Below are positions 48,201-59,700 of a stretch of 64,000 nt of DNA, in pieces. Each line of letters begins with the position of its first letter. Position 1 is the stretch's first letter. Both the position numbers and the translations under genes were made by a program. The stretch is from Actinomycetota bacterium (lineage in GTDB: Bacteria > Actinomycetota > Thermoleophilia > RBG-16-64-13). The stretch spans positions 23,735-87,734 of the forward strand of contig JAAYZX010000007.1 of the NCBI GenBank assembly GCA_012514635.1, in the 5' to 3' direction. Under the pieces are notes generated by a model. It made no database searches, was not told where the DNA came from, and saw only the letters and a list, made by a program, of their open reading frames with translations.

Positions 48201-48635
48201 GGGTGTGAGTTGCTGGCCACACACTGGACGCACGAAGCGCTGGCCCGGAACGGCATCCCGTCGCAGTTGGTGCTGAAGTTCACAGAGGGTGAAGAGCTGC
48301 GGCTGGCTGCCGAAGGCCTGTGTTGCGACCCGGAGGTGCAGGCGGGGGCGCGAATTCTGAGCAGGCAAGGTCCCATCATTACCATCGTCGATCTGATCGA
48401 AGAGGGGAAGGTGGATCTCGTGATTAACACGCCGCGCGGTCGGGGAGCCCGCACCGATGGTTACGAGATTCGGCGGGCGGCCGTGAGGCGCGGCATCCCT
48501 ACTATCACTACTATGGCCGCCGCGCTGGCGGCGGTGCAGGCGATGGTGTCTTCCACAGAAGACGAAGTAAGTGTGGTGTGTCTTCAGGATCTGCACAAGG
48601 GCCTGACAGCGCATACGAGCGGTCAACGGGATTGA
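45264..48635 (+). CDS. carB: Carbamoyl-phosphate synthase large subunit
   Basis: Duplicated ATP-grasp halves, oligomerisation and MGS-like domains. About 1123 aa. The track start at 45243 is an artefact of the PyrR box (MRPKGTP). Confidence 0.95.
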   Translation: MPRRTDIHKILLLGSGPIVIGQACEFDYSGTQACKVLMEEGYEVVLVNSNPATIMTDPAFAHRTYIEPLVPEVVTRIIEVERPDALLPTLGGQTALNLAVALQEGGVLERFSVEMIGVNYEAIRRAESRDEFRDAMSSIGLRVPDSAVVNSLNEARDALDELKLPLIIRPSFTLGGHGGGVAATDAEFDEVVLAGLDASPTHQVLLEESVIGWKEFELEVMRDIKDNVIIVCSIENIDPMGVHTGDSLTVAPQQTLTDRQYQRLRNASLAIIRAIGVDSGGSNIQFAYSPETDGLVVIEMNPRVSRSSALASKATGFPIAKIAARLAVGYTLDEIRNDITRTTPACFEPALDYVVVKTPRWAFEKFPLADARLTTHMKSVGENMAIGRTFKEAFQKSMRSRELDVKPDIPAANGALLALISIPSAERYDFILEAYRRGVTLQEIFEVTRIDKWFLEELQEIVEAENAIKAWADRGGVFAISRSDLWHAKRLGFSDARLAQFLGCAEMDVRTRRKVEGIVPTYKGVDTCAAEFEAYAPYFYSTYEEENEAVPVADKQRVLILGSGPNRIGQGIEFDYCCVHAVMEMQRQGYCAVMVNCNPETVSTDYDISDRLYFEPLTFEDVMNIVENEQPMGVVVQFGGQTPLKIAERLHAAGVPILGTSQDAIDLAEDRRRFGEVLEHLGLQAPPYGTARSEKEALDIAERIGFPVLVRPSYVLGGRAMEIVYDRDGLRRYIRTAVKASPHHPVLIDRFLERSVEIDVDAVCDGEDVYIGAIMQHVEEAGVHSGDSACVIPTVTLGGSVQEQIEQQTAALARELGVVGLMNIQFALQQASDGARLYVLEVNPRGSRTVPFVSKATGVPLARVATQVIAGRRLRDLNLPGWGEAVREKRVPRLRNLDHVAVKEAVLPFPRFPGVDTTLGPEMKSTGEVMGLASNFPLAFDKSQLATGIRLPRAGRVFLSVTDADKDPAVLVARMLWMAGCELLATHWTHEALARNGIPSQLVLKFTEGEELRLAAEGLCCDPEVQAGARILSRQGPIITIVDLIEEGKVDLVINTPRGRGARTDGYEIRRAAVRRGIPTITTMAAALAAVQAMVSSTEDEVSVVCLQDLHKGLTAHTSGQRD

Positions 48636-48659
48636 GCGGCGCAAAGGGGGAATGGTTCT

Positions 48660-49556
48660 ATGCGGTTGGTTGGGCGGGTGGCGGAGGCGGCTTTTGTAGG
48701 TCCTTATGCGCATCTGGCAGTTGAGATCCCCGGGTGGAAGGGTGCGCAGAGCGGTCAGTTCGCCATGATACAGGCGGCGGAGTCACGCTGTTTCCTGGCC
48801 CGCCCCTTCAGTGTGAGCGATGATGAGACTCATATAGAGACAACACCGGGTACGCACCATGCGGCTCGGGTATCTTTCTTGGTGGATGAGGTTGGGCGTG
48901 GCAGCGGTGAGTTGGCGGCTTTGCGGGTGGACGATCGGGTGCACGTGCTGGGCCCACTCGGCCGAGGTTTTGCGGCGGCGGGCGCGGTAGCGCCCGCCGC
49001 CCGCCGCACAGCCGCCTGCCCCGCCGCGGGCGTCGGCCGCGGCGGGGCAGGCCGGCTGGTGATTGTGGCGGGAGGTGCGGGCATAGCTCCTCTGCCACTT
49101 CTGTTGCGAGAAATCGAGTCCCGGCTGATTAGGAGTGGTGTGCTGGTGCTGGCAGGTTTTCGGTCGTCTCGAGAAGCCCAGGCTCTATGCATACTTGACG
49201 ATGGTCTGGAGAGACTACGCCGTTGTCGAATACCGAGTGAGGTAGGGATCACTACGGAGGACGGATCCTTCGGTTTTGCCGGTATGGTTACCGACCTCCT
49301 GGATAGGGACTTACAGCCGGACGACACCGTACTAGTCTGCGGCCCCAGCGCAATGTGCGAAGCGGTGTGGAAGGTATGCCGGAGGCATGGTGTCCGGCGG
49401 GCGTGGTTCAGCCTCGAAACCTTGATGGCCTGCGGAGTGGGGTCGTGCCATGGTTGCGTGACTCGCGTAGCTGATGGGACCCTGACACGGGTGTGCCGCA
49501 GGGGGCCGGTTATGGCAGGGGAGGAGGCGTTTGGGGCAGAGGAGGAGACGACGTGA
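48660..49556 (+). CDS. pyrK: Dihydroorotate dehydrogenase electron-transfer subunit (FAD/[2Fe-2S])
   Basis: FNR-like fold. C-terminal CGVGSCHGC cluster ligands. Contains a GC-rich low-complexity insertion (AAGAVAPAARRTAACPAAGVGRGGAG). Confidence 0.85.
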   Translation: MRLVGRVAEAAFVGPYAHLAVEIPGWKGAQSGQFAMIQAAESRCFLARPFSVSDDETHIETTPGTHHAARVSFLVDEVGRGSGELAALRVDDRVHVLGPLGRGFAAAGAVAPAARRTAACPAAGVGRGGAGRLVIVAGGAGIAPLPLLLREIESRLIRSGVLVLAGFRSSREAQALCILDDGLERLRRCRIPSEVGITTEDGSFGFAGMVTDLLDRDLQPDDTVLVCGPSAMCEAVWKVCRRHGVRRAWFSLETLMACGVGSCHGCVTRVADGTLTRVCRRGPVMAGEEAFGAEEETT

Positions 49557-50515
49557 GTTCTCGGCTGCATACTCATTTGGGCCCCATGTTTCTGGAGTAT
49601 CCTGTGATCAATGCGTCGGGCACGCTGGACCTGTTGGAGACGGCCGATGCCCTGGGGTTGGACGGCGACTACAGGGTTCCAGTAGCGGCGTATGTTCCAA
49701 AGACCGTTACCATGTTACCGCGTGAGGGCAATCCCACACCGCGTGTTGCGGAAGTGGCGGCGGGTATGGTCAACTCTATCGGCCTGCCCAATGAAGGGGT
49801 GAAGGCATTTGTGGCAGACACGCTGCCGCGATTGCTCAATCTGACATGTCCTCTTATCGTGAATGTGGCCGGTTTCTCGCGTGATGAATACGTCTCCGTG
49901 GTAGAGCGGGTGAGTCGTGCACTTGCGGATGAGCTGGGCTCTGACAAAGGAACGTGGGCCCCTCGAGTGGGGATAGAGCTGAATGTCTCCTGCCCAAACG
50001 TGGACTCGGGGTGTATGTCCATAGGAACGGATGCGGAGGAAATCGCCCGACTCACTCAAGCGGTCCGTGACGTGTGGCCGACCCCTCTTCTTCTGGCCGT
50101 CAAGTTAACACCTAACGTTACGGATATAGCGTCCATGGCTCTAGCTGCGGAAGAGGCCGGAGCATCGGCGGTTTCGCTGGTAAATACGTTCAAAGGTTTG
50201 ATAGTAGATAGAGATACGTTAAAGCCTTATCTGGGCGGAATTACCGGTGGATTGTCGGGACCGGCCATCAAACCTCTGGCCCTGCGCTGTGTATTCGAAG
50301 TGGCTGCGGTTGTCGATATCCCCATAATCGGCATGGGCGGAATCGCCTGCACGCAGGATGTTGTGGAGTTTATGGCGTGTGGAGCGAGTGTCGTGGCGGT
50401 AGGGGCAGCCGGTTTTGTCGACCCGTGGCTGCCGGCCCGCTTGGCGGAAGAGTTGGAGGAGGTTTTGTGCGAACGATCCCTTACCCTCAGTGAACTGATT
50501 GGCAAAATACATTGA
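49553..50515 (+). CDS. pyrD: Dihydroorotate dehydrogenase (class 1B) catalytic subunit
   Basis: PVINASGT, NxxxSCPN, GG(I/L)xG, IGMGGI motifs. The GTG at 49553 overlaps the pyrK stop (GTGA). An alternative ATG lies at 49586. Confidence 0.85.
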   Translation: MSSRLHTHLGPMFLEYPVINASGTLDLLETADALGLDGDYRVPVAAYVPKTVTMLPREGNPTPRVAEVAAGMVNSIGLPNEGVKAFVADTLPRLLNLTCPLIVNVAGFSRDEYVSVVERVSRALADELGSDKGTWAPRVGIELNVSCPNVDSGCMSIGTDAEEIARLTQAVRDVWPTPLLLAVKLTPNVTDIASMALAAEEAGASAVSLVNTFKGLIVDRDTLKPYLGGITGGLSGPAIKPLALRCVFEVAAVVDIPIIGMGGIACTQDVVEFMACGASVVAVGAAGFVDPWLPARLAEELEEVLCERSLTLSELIGKIH

Positions 50516-50563
50516 AAGGCACCAAGGCGTGAAGAAGTTTGGGTTCTGGAGGTTTGGGCTATA

Positions 50564-50908
50564 ATGGCGGCGATGGAGCACCAGTCTGCACCTCCCGCAA
50601 TACGCACACCCGCACGCACCGAGCAGCAACGGCTCGAGGCGCTGGCGCGCGCCAATGCTGTTCGTACGCAGCGTTCCCAACTGAAGATCAGACTTAAGAA
50701 TGGTGAGGAGCGCTTGGAAGACATCTTACTTTCGCCCCCGGACTACGTACACACGGCGAAGGTGCTGGAACTCTTGATGGCTCTGCCACAAGTGGGTCCT
50801 GTTCGAGCGGGACGTATTCTGGAGGCATGTCGGGTCAGCGCGTCTAAAACAGTGATCGGGTTGACGCCTCGTCAGCGGACAGAGCTGTTGACACACATTC
50901 AGGATTGA
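50564..50908 (+). CDS. Actinobacterial-type integration host factor-like protein (mIHF/sIHF family), tentative
   Basis: About 110-aa helical protein LTPRQRTELL... immediately upstream of gmk-rpoZ-coaBC, as in mycobacterial mihF-gmk-rpoZ-dfp. Start may be the ATG at 50573. A TATAAT at 50560-50565 overlaps the first ATG. Confidence 0.5.
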   Translation: MAAMEHQSAPPAIRTPARTEQQRLEALARANAVRTQRSQLKIRLKNGEERLEDILLSPPDYVHTAKVLELLMALPQVGPVRAGRILEACRVSASKTVIGLTPRQRTELLTHIQD

Positions 50909-50911
50909 TAT

Positions 50912-51520
50912 GTGGAGTCGGAGCTTATCGCCAAGCTGATCGTCATCTCTGGTCCTTCAGGTGCAGGCAAGGGCACGTTGATCAAGAGCGTGCTGCCGTC
51001 TCTCGATAATTTCGTGGTATCAGTATCGGCTACCACCCGCGGGCGTCGCGCGGGCGAGAGGCAAGGAGTGGACTACCACTTTCTTTCGCGACGGGAGTTT
51101 CTGCGGAAAGTCGAAGAAGGGCTTTTTCTGGAGTGGGCGGAATACGGAGGCAATCTGTACGGTACTCCCAGGGACTTCGTCGATGCCGCCCTCAGCACGG
51201 GCAAAGATGTGCTGTTGGAGATTGAGTTGGAGGGGGCGCGCCAGATAGTGGAGCACTGTCCGGTGGCGGTGGGTATCTTCATCGCACCCCCTGATCTGCA
51301 GATCCTTGAAGGGCGGCTGAGAGATCGCAAGACGGACAGTGAGGCCGACATCACACTCAGGTTGGCCCGAGCCTGTGACGAGCTTGAAGCCGTGGAGCGG
51401 GACCGTGCCGAGGGGGGGCTGTGTTTCGACTATGCTATAGTGAACGATGATCTAGAGCAGGCCTCTCGCGAGCTTCTTACAACTATCCAGCAAATACGTG
51501 CCGGTAACACGGCAAGGTGA
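50912..51520 (+). CDS. gmk: Guanylate kinase
   Basis: P-loop GPSGAGKGTL, GMP-binding region. GTG start. Confidence 0.9.
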   Translation: MESELIAKLIVISGPSGAGKGTLIKSVLPSLDNFVVSVSATTRGRRAGERQGVDYHFLSRREFLRKVEEGLFLEWAEYGGNLYGTPRDFVDAALSTGKDVLLEIELEGARQIVEHCPVAVGIFIAPPDLQILEGRLRDRKTDSEADITLRLARACDELEAVERDRAEGGLCFDYAIVNDDLEQASRELLTTIQQIRAGNTAR

Positions 51521-51527
51521 ATATTTT

Positions 51528-51791
51528 ATGAATAAGCCTACCGCAGACGAGATTCTTCAGGGCCTTCGGCAGTCTCTGCCGGAGGGAGAGGAACAACCCA
51601 ATCGTTACACCGCTGTGATGGTCACAGCCAAGCGGGCACGGCAGATCAACACCTACTATCGTCAACTGGGCGAAGGTGGAGCTCTTGAAGGCCTCGGAGT
51701 CCCTATGCTTCCCGGCGGCACCCGTAACTACCTCAGCATTGCCATGGAAGAGGTGGCTCGGGGGGAAGTCACGTACCGGCTACGCTCCTAG
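51528..51791 (+). CDS. rpoZ: DNA-directed RNA polymerase subunit omega
   Basis: NRYTAVMVTAKRARQIN is the omega signature. AAGGTGA RBS before the ATG at 51528. Confidence 0.8.
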   Translation: MNKPTADEILQGLRQSLPEGEEQPNRYTAVMVTAKRARQINTYYRQLGEGGALEGLGVPMLPGGTRNYLSIAMEEVARGEVTYRLRS

Positions 51792-51824
51792 GTCCTCTCA
51801 CCAGACCACGGGTTCCGTGAGACC

Positions 51825-53057
51825 GTGATATCTAAACAGGCCACTGTTTTGCTCGGCGTTACAGGCGGCATCGCTGTTTACAAGGCCGTCGAACTGCTGC
51901 GCGGCTTCCAGCGCTCCGGGATGGATGTGCGGGTGATCATGACCCGTATGGCTACGGAGTTTGTGGCGCCTTTGACATTTGAGACCTTGTCGGGCAACCC
52001 CGTGCGACTGGATGACCAGCACGGCCTGCGTCACGATTCCAGTATCACCCACATCGAAGAAGGAAATCTGGCAGATATCATGGTCATCGCGCCTGCTACG
52101 GCCAACACGCTGGGCAAGATGGCTCAGGGTGTGGCTGATAATCTGTTGACCACCACGTACATGGCGTTCAACGGTACGGTGGTAGTGGCTCCGGCCATGA
52201 ACACCAACATGTGGCAGCATCGTGCCATGCAGCGCAATATGGAAATTCTGCGGGAGGATGGGGTACATGTAGTGGAGCCAGGCACCGGCGAGCTGGCGTG
52301 TGGAGTGTATGGATCGGGCCGCATGGCGGATCCGGACAGTATTTTGGCCGAAGTCAAACTGCGGTTGCAGGTGGATCGCAAAACAGATCTACGGGGCCTG
52401 CGGGTATTGATCACGGCCGGAGGCACCCGTGAGCCCATCGATGCCGTTCGCTATATCGGCAATCGCAGCTCCGGGAAGATGGGTTTCGCGTTGGCGCGTG
52501 CCGCCTACTCGCGCGGTGCATCCGTAGATCTCATCAAGGCCAACATCGATCTGCCGCGGGCACCCGGAGTGCAGGAGGTCGCCACTCCTACGGCGGACGA
52601 GATGTATCATGAGGTAGTGGATCGGTTGCCCGATCACGATATCCTCATCATGGCGGCCGCCGTGGCCGACTATCGGTTAAGCGAGGAGCCCACCAGCGGC
52701 AAAATCGGCAAGAATCTGGATGATCTGAGTGTATGTCTGCATCCCACCACGGACATCCTGCTGGAGTGCTCTAAGATCAAGCGGGGCGACCAATTTCTGG
52801 TGGGCTTCGCGGCAGAGTACGGTCCGGACAGTCTCGCCCGCGCGCGCGGCAAGATGGAACGCAAGCGCCTGGACATGATTGTGTTCAACGATATCGCGCG
52901 GCGGGATATCGGTTTCAGCTCGGACTACAATGAGGTCACCATCATCACGCCCACCTCAGAGACAAGGGTGCAACGCGCGCCCAAAGAGACGGTGGCGGAG
53001 ATCATACTCGATCACATAGCGCGCGGCATCAAAGAGAAGCGGTTGTCTCTCAGCTGA
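51825..53057 (+). CDS. coaBC: Bifunctional phosphopantothenoylcysteine decarboxylase / phosphopantothenate-cysteine ligase
   Basis: N-terminal flavoprotein domain GVTGGIAVYKA. C-terminal DFP/CoaB domain. 410 aa. Confidence 0.9.
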   Translation: MISKQATVLLGVTGGIAVYKAVELLRGFQRSGMDVRVIMTRMATEFVAPLTFETLSGNPVRLDDQHGLRHDSSITHIEEGNLADIMVIAPATANTLGKMAQGVADNLLTTTYMAFNGTVVVAPAMNTNMWQHRAMQRNMEILREDGVHVVEPGTGELACGVYGSGRMADPDSILAEVKLRLQVDRKTDLRGLRVLITAGGTREPIDAVRYIGNRSSGKMGFALARAAYSRGASVDLIKANIDLPRAPGVQEVATPTADEMYHEVVDRLPDHDILIMAAAVADYRLSEEPTSGKIGKNLDDLSVCLHPTTDILLECSKIKRGDQFLVGFAAEYGPDSLARARGKMERKRLDMIVFNDIARRDIGFSSDYNEVTIITPTSETRVQRAPKETVAEIILDHIARGIKEKRLSLS

Positions 53058-53117
53058 CCCCCGGCCCCGGCTTTGCTCGGTGCTGGTGGGATAGTGGGAT
53101 AAGAGCGGCGTGATCCG

Positions 53118-54215
53118 TTAAGCCGTCTCACGCATAGCCTGAATCTCGTCTGCAGCCTTGATCTGTTCGAGCGCCTTGGCCTCGATCTGCCGGATTCGTT
53201 CCCGGCTGACGTTGAAGCGAGAACTCACCTCGGCCAGAGTGCGCGGATGCTCACCTTTCAGCCCAAAGCGAAGCTCTACTACCTTGCGTTCGCGCTCGTC
53301 CATACTGCGTAGAACGCGCTGAAGGCTCTCACGGGCGATGATAGTGGATACCACATCCGCCGGGTCGGGCGTGCTTTGATTCTCGATGAAGTCTCCGAGC
53401 TCCGCATCTTCCTCGTCACCGATGGGTGTTTCCAGCGATGTGGTGCGCTGTGCAATTTTGCGCATCTCTCTGATTTCCTCGGGCTCAATACCCAGCTCGT
53501 ACGCAAGGTCTTCGTCCGATGGATCCTTGCCCGTTTCTTGAAGCAGTCTACGTTCCGTCCTCACCATCTTGTTGATGCGCTCGATCATGTGGACAGGGAT
53601 ACGGATATTGCGGTCTTGATTGGCAATGGCCCGCGTTATGGCCTGCCTGATCCACCACGTGGCGTACGTTGAGAACTTGTATCCCTTGCGGTAATCAAAC
53701 TTCTCCACGGCGCGAATGAGTCCGGTATTGCCTTCCTGGATGAGGTCCAGGAGATCCATGTCTTGGGTGTAGTAGTTTTTGGCAATGGAGATCACCAAGC
53801 GCAGGTTCGACTGGATCATACGGTCCTTCGCCTGTTTGTCTCCCTGCTCGATACGCATGGCCAATTCGATCTCCTCTTTCTTGGTCAGAAGAGGGATCTC
53901 TCCGGCCTCTTTGAGATACAGGCGCAGCGGATCGTGTGTTACGGTATCGATTGAAAGATCCAAAGTGGGTTCAGGGTGTTCCAATTGGCCATGGCTCATT
54001 GGATTCTGTTCATAGACTTCAACAGAGAGGTCAAAGAGCTGAGCGTACAGGTCTTCAATAGCATCAGTGGACATGTCATACTCTTCCACCATTGCCATAA
54101 TCTCGTCGCTGGTGACAAAACCCCGTTCTTGGCCGACCGTGATGAGGTCCTGGATGTCCAGGATGGGGCGTTCGTCCGCAACAGTAGTATCTGAAGACCT
54201 CTCCGCTCTCATCAC
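53118..54215 (-). CDS. sigA: Primary RNA polymerase sigma factor (short SigA/RpoD type, 365 aa)
   Basis: Regions 1.2 to 4.2 including [32 protein letters not shown] and C-terminal HTH. Confidence 0.9.
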   Translation of the reverse strand: MMRAERSSDTTVADERPILDIQDLITVGQERGFVTSDEIMAMVEEYDMSTDAIEDLYAQLFDLSVEVYEQNPMSHGQLEHPEPTLDLSIDTVTHDPLRLYLKEAGEIPLLTKKEEIELAMRIEQGDKQAKDRMIQSNLRLVISIAKNYYTQDMDLLDLIQEGNTGLIRAVEKFDYRKGYKFSTYATWWIRQAITRAIANQDRNIRIPVHMIERINKMVRTERRLLQETGKDPSDEDLAYELGIEPEEIREMRKIAQRTTSLETPIGDEEDAELGDFIENQSTPDPADVVSTIIARESLQRVLRSMDERERKVVELRFGLKGEHPRTLAEVSSRFNVSRERIRQIEAKALEQIKAADEIQAMRETA

Positions 54216-54599
54216 GCGTTCTGACCGTCCTTCATATCGACTACATACTAAAACGCCCTGGACTGGGAGCGTCCGGGCGCACTCACAACCTGCACAGTAT
54301 ACTACAAAAATGCCTCCCGTGCCTATAGAATATTGCGTGTCACTGAGGAATGTGCGCGTTGAGGCGCCTGTATAGCGCCTTGGTAGCCCCCTGTGAAGCA
54401 GCCCCGCTGGTGACCTGCTGGTGAGTTATCCACAGTTTAACGAACATTCGTTCACTGCGCAAGCACTTTTTCACATACGTCCAACATGAGACGCGGGGGA
54501 GGATTCGGCGGTTCCCTGCATCCTCTGGTAGCATGCGGCCGGAGTCGAAGGACTAAGCGCCGCAACAAACAAGTAAGGCTACCTTATTGTGATTGATAA

Positions 54600-55676
54600 G
54601 TGGTGGTGATGGATAGCGTGGAGGGGCACAAAGGACCCGTGCGGTTGGCGCTGGATGCTGAAGGTGGCGATTACGCGCCGGCAGAGATCGTGGCGGGAGC
54701 AGTTGAGACGGCGTCTGCGCATATGCATGTCCTTCTGGTCGGCAGACCGGAAATAATAGAGCCATGTCTGCAGGAGGCGCCGGCGGAGATACGGCGGTAT
54801 GTAGATATTGTTCCGGCAACTTCGGTGATTTCGTTCCATGATGAGCCTGCTTGGGCGGTACGCAACAAACCGGATTCGTCTATTGTAATAGGAGCGAGAC
54901 TGGTGACGGACGGCGTGGCGGACGGTTTTATCTCCGCTGGAAGCACGGGTGCCATGCTTGCTGCGGGTCTTCTCGTGGTCAAACGTATCCGCGGAGTGAA
55001 ACGCCCGGCCATACTGGTTGTATTGCCCGGCATGGAGGGTCCCATTGCCTTTCTGGATGCCGGGGCCAATGCCAACTGTCGCCCTGAGCATCTGGTTGAA
55101 TTCGGGGTGATGGGTGCGGCGTTTGCAAGGACCGTGCTGGGAATTGCACAGCCTCGGGTGGGGTTGTTGAATATAGGTGAAGAAAATTCCAAGGGGAATG
55201 AGCTCACGGTGGCGGCCCATCGGCTGCTTGCCGGTTCCACTCTCAACTTCGTCGGTAACATCGAGGGAAGAGAATTGCTCTACAACCACGCCGATGTAGT
55301 GGTTACTGACGGCTTCACCGGCAATGTAGCTCTGAAGCTTCTCGAGGGCACTGCGCAATCCATCCTGCAACGCATACGTGCGGCGGCTTCCTCAAGTGCG
55401 CGCGCAAAGTTGGGAGGGTTGCTGCTACGGCCGGCACTGCAAACCACGCGGGCCTCACTCGACTCCGAGGAGTATGGCGGCACATATCTTTTGGGTGTGC
55501 GGGGCCTTGTAGTCATATGCCACGGCAGTTCGTCCCGCAGAGCGGTGGCCAATGCGCTGCGCTTTGCTGCTCGGGCTGCTGAACAAGGTCTGGTGACGCA
55601 ACTGCCGGTCGACGTTGAGGCTGCGCTGGCGGCGTCTACGCGGGCCTCCGATACTGTGGGCGGCGAGGTGTCGTAG
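54600..55676 (+). CDS. plsX: Phosphate:acyl-ACP acyltransferase
   Basis: [10 protein letters not shown]... full-length PlsX similarity. Followed directly by acpP. Confidence 0.9.
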   Translation: MVVMDSVEGHKGPVRLALDAEGGDYAPAEIVAGAVETASAHMHVLLVGRPEIIEPCLQEAPAEIRRYVDIVPATSVISFHDEPAWAVRNKPDSSIVIGARLVTDGVADGFISAGSTGAMLAAGLLVVKRIRGVKRPAILVVLPGMEGPIAFLDAGANANCRPEHLVEFGVMGAAFARTVLGIAQPRVGLLNIGEENSKGNELTVAAHRLLAGSTLNFVGNIEGRELLYNHADVVVTDGFTGNVALKLLEGTAQSILQRIRAAASSSARAKLGGLLLRPALQTTRASLDSEEYGGTYLLGVRGLVVICHGSSSRRAVANALRFAARAAEQGLVTQLPVDVEAALAASTRASDTVGGEVS

Positions 55677-55761
55677 GAAGTGTGTGGCGCATTGCCGGTG
55701 GTTGGTACAATACTTAACTGCTGTGTCCGGGGGCGGGAGCTCTCAAGAACAAGGAGCCTTA

Positions 55762-56001
55762 ATGGATAAGGACGACATTCTCGGCAAGGTACGTGGCATC
55801 CTCGTGGAGCAACTTGGGGTAGACGAGGAAGCTGTGACGCTGGAGGCGTCGTTTCAGGAAGACTTGGATGCGGACAGCCTCGATTTGGTGCAGCTCATCA
55901 TGGAGCTGGAGGACCAGTTTGGAATCACGATCTCCGACGAAGAGGCAGAGACCATCGTCACGGTTGGAGATGCGGTGGACTTCATCGCGGTACGCGTCTA
56001 G
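55762..56001 (+). CDS. acpP: Acyl carrier protein
   Basis: [16 protein letters not shown] phosphopantetheine-attachment motif (DSL). 79 aa. AGGAG RBS. Confidence 0.9.
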   Translation: MDKDDILGKVRGILVEQLGVDEEAVTLEASFQEDLDADSLDLVQLIMELEDQFGITISDEEAETIVTVGDAVDFIAVRV

Positions 56002-56010
56002 GAGTGGGGT

Positions 56011-56733
56011 GTGACTGAGGCTGGGGGTCTGTCGCCCGGAGGCGAGAGGCCCCCTGTTTCGTTGATGGACCTATTTCACAAGCTGCCCGCCTCCCTGATG
56101 GAGCAGGCGTTGACTCATCCTCACTCTGTACAGGAGCGCGCCGAATCATACGAGAGGCTGGAGTTTCTGGGGGACAGTGTCCTGGGTTTGGCTGTGGCAG
56201 CCCGCCTGTTCCGCGACCTTCCGGCGGCTCCCGAGGGAACACTGGCTAAAACAAAGGCGTACGCAGTAGCACGGAGCAGTTGTGCGGTGGTGGCCGAGAG
56301 TGTGGGTCTACGCGAGTTCATCTTAGAAGAGGCTCCCGTTGACGAGAGCCACCGCACAGAGATGTCACAGAACCGCACTTTGCTGGGCAACGTGCTTGAA
56401 GCATTAGTGGGTGCAGCATTTGTGGCGTTTGGATACGAAGCCGTTGCCGAGCCGCTGGCGGATGCATTCGCGGGTCGTGTTAAGTACGCGCTGCAACACA
56501 CCGTCGATTACAAGAGCACCCTCCAAGAGGCTTTGGCCGCAGAGGGGCAGACGGCGGTGTATGAGGTGGTTGGAGAGTCTGGGCCGCCCCACCGGCGTTC
56601 GTTCACATCCGTGGTGACCGTTCGGGGAGAGATGTACGGAAAAGGAACCGGTCGTTCAATTAAGCGTAGCGAGCAGGCGGCGGCGCTGGAGGCTCTGGAG
56701 CGTCTCGGAGTCCTGGATAAAGGGAACTCCTAG
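56011..56733 (+). CDS. rnc: Ribonuclease III
   Basis: RNase III signature ERLEFLGDSVLG, C-terminal dsRBD. An alternative ATG start lies at 56065. Confidence 0.85.
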   Translation: MTEAGGLSPGGERPPVSLMDLFHKLPASLMEQALTHPHSVQERAESYERLEFLGDSVLGLAVAARLFRDLPAAPEGTLAKTKAYAVARSSCAVVAESVGLREFILEEAPVDESHRTEMSQNRTLLGNVLEALVGAAFVAFGYEAVAEPLADAFAGRVKYALQHTVDYKSTLQEALAAEGQTAVYEVVGESGPPHRRSFTSVVTVRGEMYGKGTGRSIKRSEQAAALEALERLGVLDKGNS

Positions 56734-59700
56734 TGGCGTTTCTGAAAGCACTGAATCTTAGGGGCTTCAAGACCTTCTCCCGCAGCACGGAATTGCGGTT
56801 CGAACCGGGCGTAACAGTGATAATCGGCCCCAACGGCAGCGGCAAGAGCAACCTCGCAGACGCCGTTCTGTGGGCCCTGGGCGAGCAGAGCCCCGGAACG
56901 TTACGGGGCAAAGCTATGCAGGATGTGATTTTTGCGGGATCGGATGGGCATAGACCTTCCCATCTGGCTGAGGTGCGATTGTTGTTTGAGAACTCGTCCG
57001 GTGCGTTTCCCGGCGGCTTTGCCGAGGTGGAGGTCACGCGTCGCCTGTCGCGAGAGGGTCATTCGGAGTATTTGGTGAACGGCGTGCCTCGCCGTCTGCT
57101 CGATGTTCAGGAGCTCTGTGCCGCCGTTGGCCTGGGGCGGGAGATGCATAGCATCATCAGCCAAGGGCGCGTGGAAGAATTGCTGAGCTCCAGTTCAATT
57201 GCACGCAGAGCACTGGTGGAGGAAGCGGCGGGATTGGCTCTGCTCAAGAAACGAAGGGAGCGTAGCGCCGCTAAGCTGGAGAGGGTGGGCGCCGATCTGG
57301 CTCGAGTCACCGATATCGAGCGCGAAGTTCGCAACGCCCTGCGGCCACTGAAACAGCAGGCCAGCACTGCAGAGCGCCATCTGGATTTGAGCGAACGCAT
57401 AGCCGGCTTGGAAGCTTTGCTGTTGCTGCGAGAGATTGCCCGTCTAGAAGCAAGGCAAAAACGGTTGGCGCATGATGCGACCACTAAGATCCAAGAGCGT
57501 AACCAAGCCGAGCAGGCCCTGGCCGAGCTTAGACGGCATCGGGAGAATGAGGAGCGGGGTTTCACGCAGGCGTTGGCGGCGCGCGAGGCGCAGGGCATGG
57601 CTCTCAACGTCATCCAATCGGGAGCGCGCCGCCTTCATGAACGGCGGCAGGACATTCTGCAGCGTGTGGCGCGGAACGAAGCCGAACTAGCGCGGCTGGA
57701 GCGTCGGGAGGCCGTGCTTGCTGCCGATTTTGCCGACGTGGAAGAACGATTGCAGGCCTTAGGTGAGCCGACTGGGTGGTCGACTGGGCGCTTGAGTATC
57801 GTGCGGCGGCAGGGGGATCTGGTGGCCGCACAGCTGGAGCAATTGCGGCCTCGTTTGGCGAGTGGGCGGGCCGAAGAGGATGCGCAGAAGGATCGAATCT
57901 TCGATCTGGAAGGGCGGAAATCGCGGGATCGGCAAAAGATCGAACTTCTGCGGCGAGAGGTGGGAGAACTGCGTCGCCGGCGGGCGCAGATGGTCGAGAA
58001 GGTATCTGTCGCCGGAGATGACGTCACCAAATTGCAGGAAGAGGTGGCCGATATCAGTGCCCGCCGGGAGGAGGCGGCGGCAGCAGCAGAGGCCGCCGCC
58101 GCCTCCTCTCGCCAAGCCGCCGCCGCCTCCCATGCGGCTCGGCAGGTGTTGAGTGAAGCCAAAGCGTCGCTGCGCCGTGCAGAAGAGGGCTGTGCGGACC
58201 TCCAGGGACGACTGGGGATTGCGCAACGAGCGGTTGAACGGCGCGAAGGATTGCCTGCGGCCGCTCGGGACCTACTGGCCGGTAGGTCTAGTGCATGTTT
58301 GCTGATCGAGATGCTGGAGGTGCAGGCGGGCTTTGAGCGGGCCGTGTCTGCCATCCTGGGACCGCTCGCGGAAGCGGTGGTGGTGCAGGAGTCCGTATCG
58401 GCTTCGGTATTGGCTTCCACGCAAGGTGCCATCGAGCTGGTTGGGTTGGAGACATTGCTCCCGGATGGAGAAGGGGGGAGCTCGGCGGCGGGCGACACTT
58501 CAGGATCTCGTACCGAGTGGGCGGATCCGGATCACCGGTCAACTGAGGCCCCAGATGGAGTGTGGGCATTGTGGGACGTGGTGAATGTGCCGGAACCGCT
58601 CGCGGGAACGCTGCGCACCCTGCTGCCGGAGGCGTTCATCGTAGACGACCTTAGTCACAAAACTCTTCTTGCCGATAGTGCGATGCGGGTTACAGGCACG
58701 CTGATCGCGACCAGGGCGGGTGAGTTGTTGCGGGGTGGAGTACACGGCGCTCGACGTGTGTCGGCGGGGCCGGAGGCACTGCTTTTGGCACGACGTTCTG
58801 TCAAAGAGCTGCAAATCGGGGCCGCAGAGGCGGAGCGGCAGGTAGCCCAAGCGCGTACTGCGCTGGTGGAGGGTGAGAAGGCGGTGAGCGAAACCCACAG
58901 GGTACGGGAGAAAGAGGAACGGAACGTCAAGGCGGCGCGGGGGCTTGTGGCGCAGACCGAAGAGAAGTTGGGTTCGCTGCAGCGACGACTTGTGGAGATA
59001 AGTGAAAGCGCAGAGCGGCTGCGGATGGAGAATGAACATCTTGTGGCCGCTGAGAATGAGTTGACGGAAGAGATTGAGAAGCTGACGGAGAGCTTGAAGA
59101 TTACCGACCGCGGGCTCAGCGAGTCGCGGGATGGTTTGCGCTTGGAACGCGATCGTTTGCAACAGCTGGGAGTGACCGTAGCGTACTTGGAAGAGAAACG
59201 TGCCCAGGCAGGCGTGCTGGAGGCGCGGCTTGTGGAGAGGCAGAAGGCACACATGGCAGAAGTCGCCCGTGTGGAGCGAGATCGTGCTCGACTACGCGGT
59301 CAACTGAAAGCCTTGAACGAGCGTCACCGTGCTCTGACGACGGCGTTACCGGTAGTCCGTGAGTTATTGCACGTGGTGGAAGAGCTGGGCGAGATTGTGG
59401 AGGAGCGAGCTGTGCAGGCCGAGGCCGGAATGGCAGCGTCCAAGGAGACCACAGCGGCATTCGCCGAGGCATTGCGTCAGATGGCCGATCGCGAGTCCGA
59501 ACTTCAGCGCCGGCACACTGATACAGGTGAGGCTTTGGTGGAGTTGCAGGTGGAGCGTGCGCGTGTCGAGGATGATCTTAAGGACTCGCAGGAAAGCCTG
59601 GAGGGATTGAAGCAGCGCCATCTGTCTCCTCGTGCGATCACGAGGGAAGAAGCGGAGGCCGTCGCGGTGGAAACCGCGACGGCCTCCCTCGACCAACTAC

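Noticed and set aside
54216-54599. rpmF (L32) or fapR upstream of plsX
   Set aside because: The intergenic region was translated in all frames. No L32-like (MAV.K.K.S...) or FapR-like ORF is present. plsX appears to have its own promoter, divergent from sigA.
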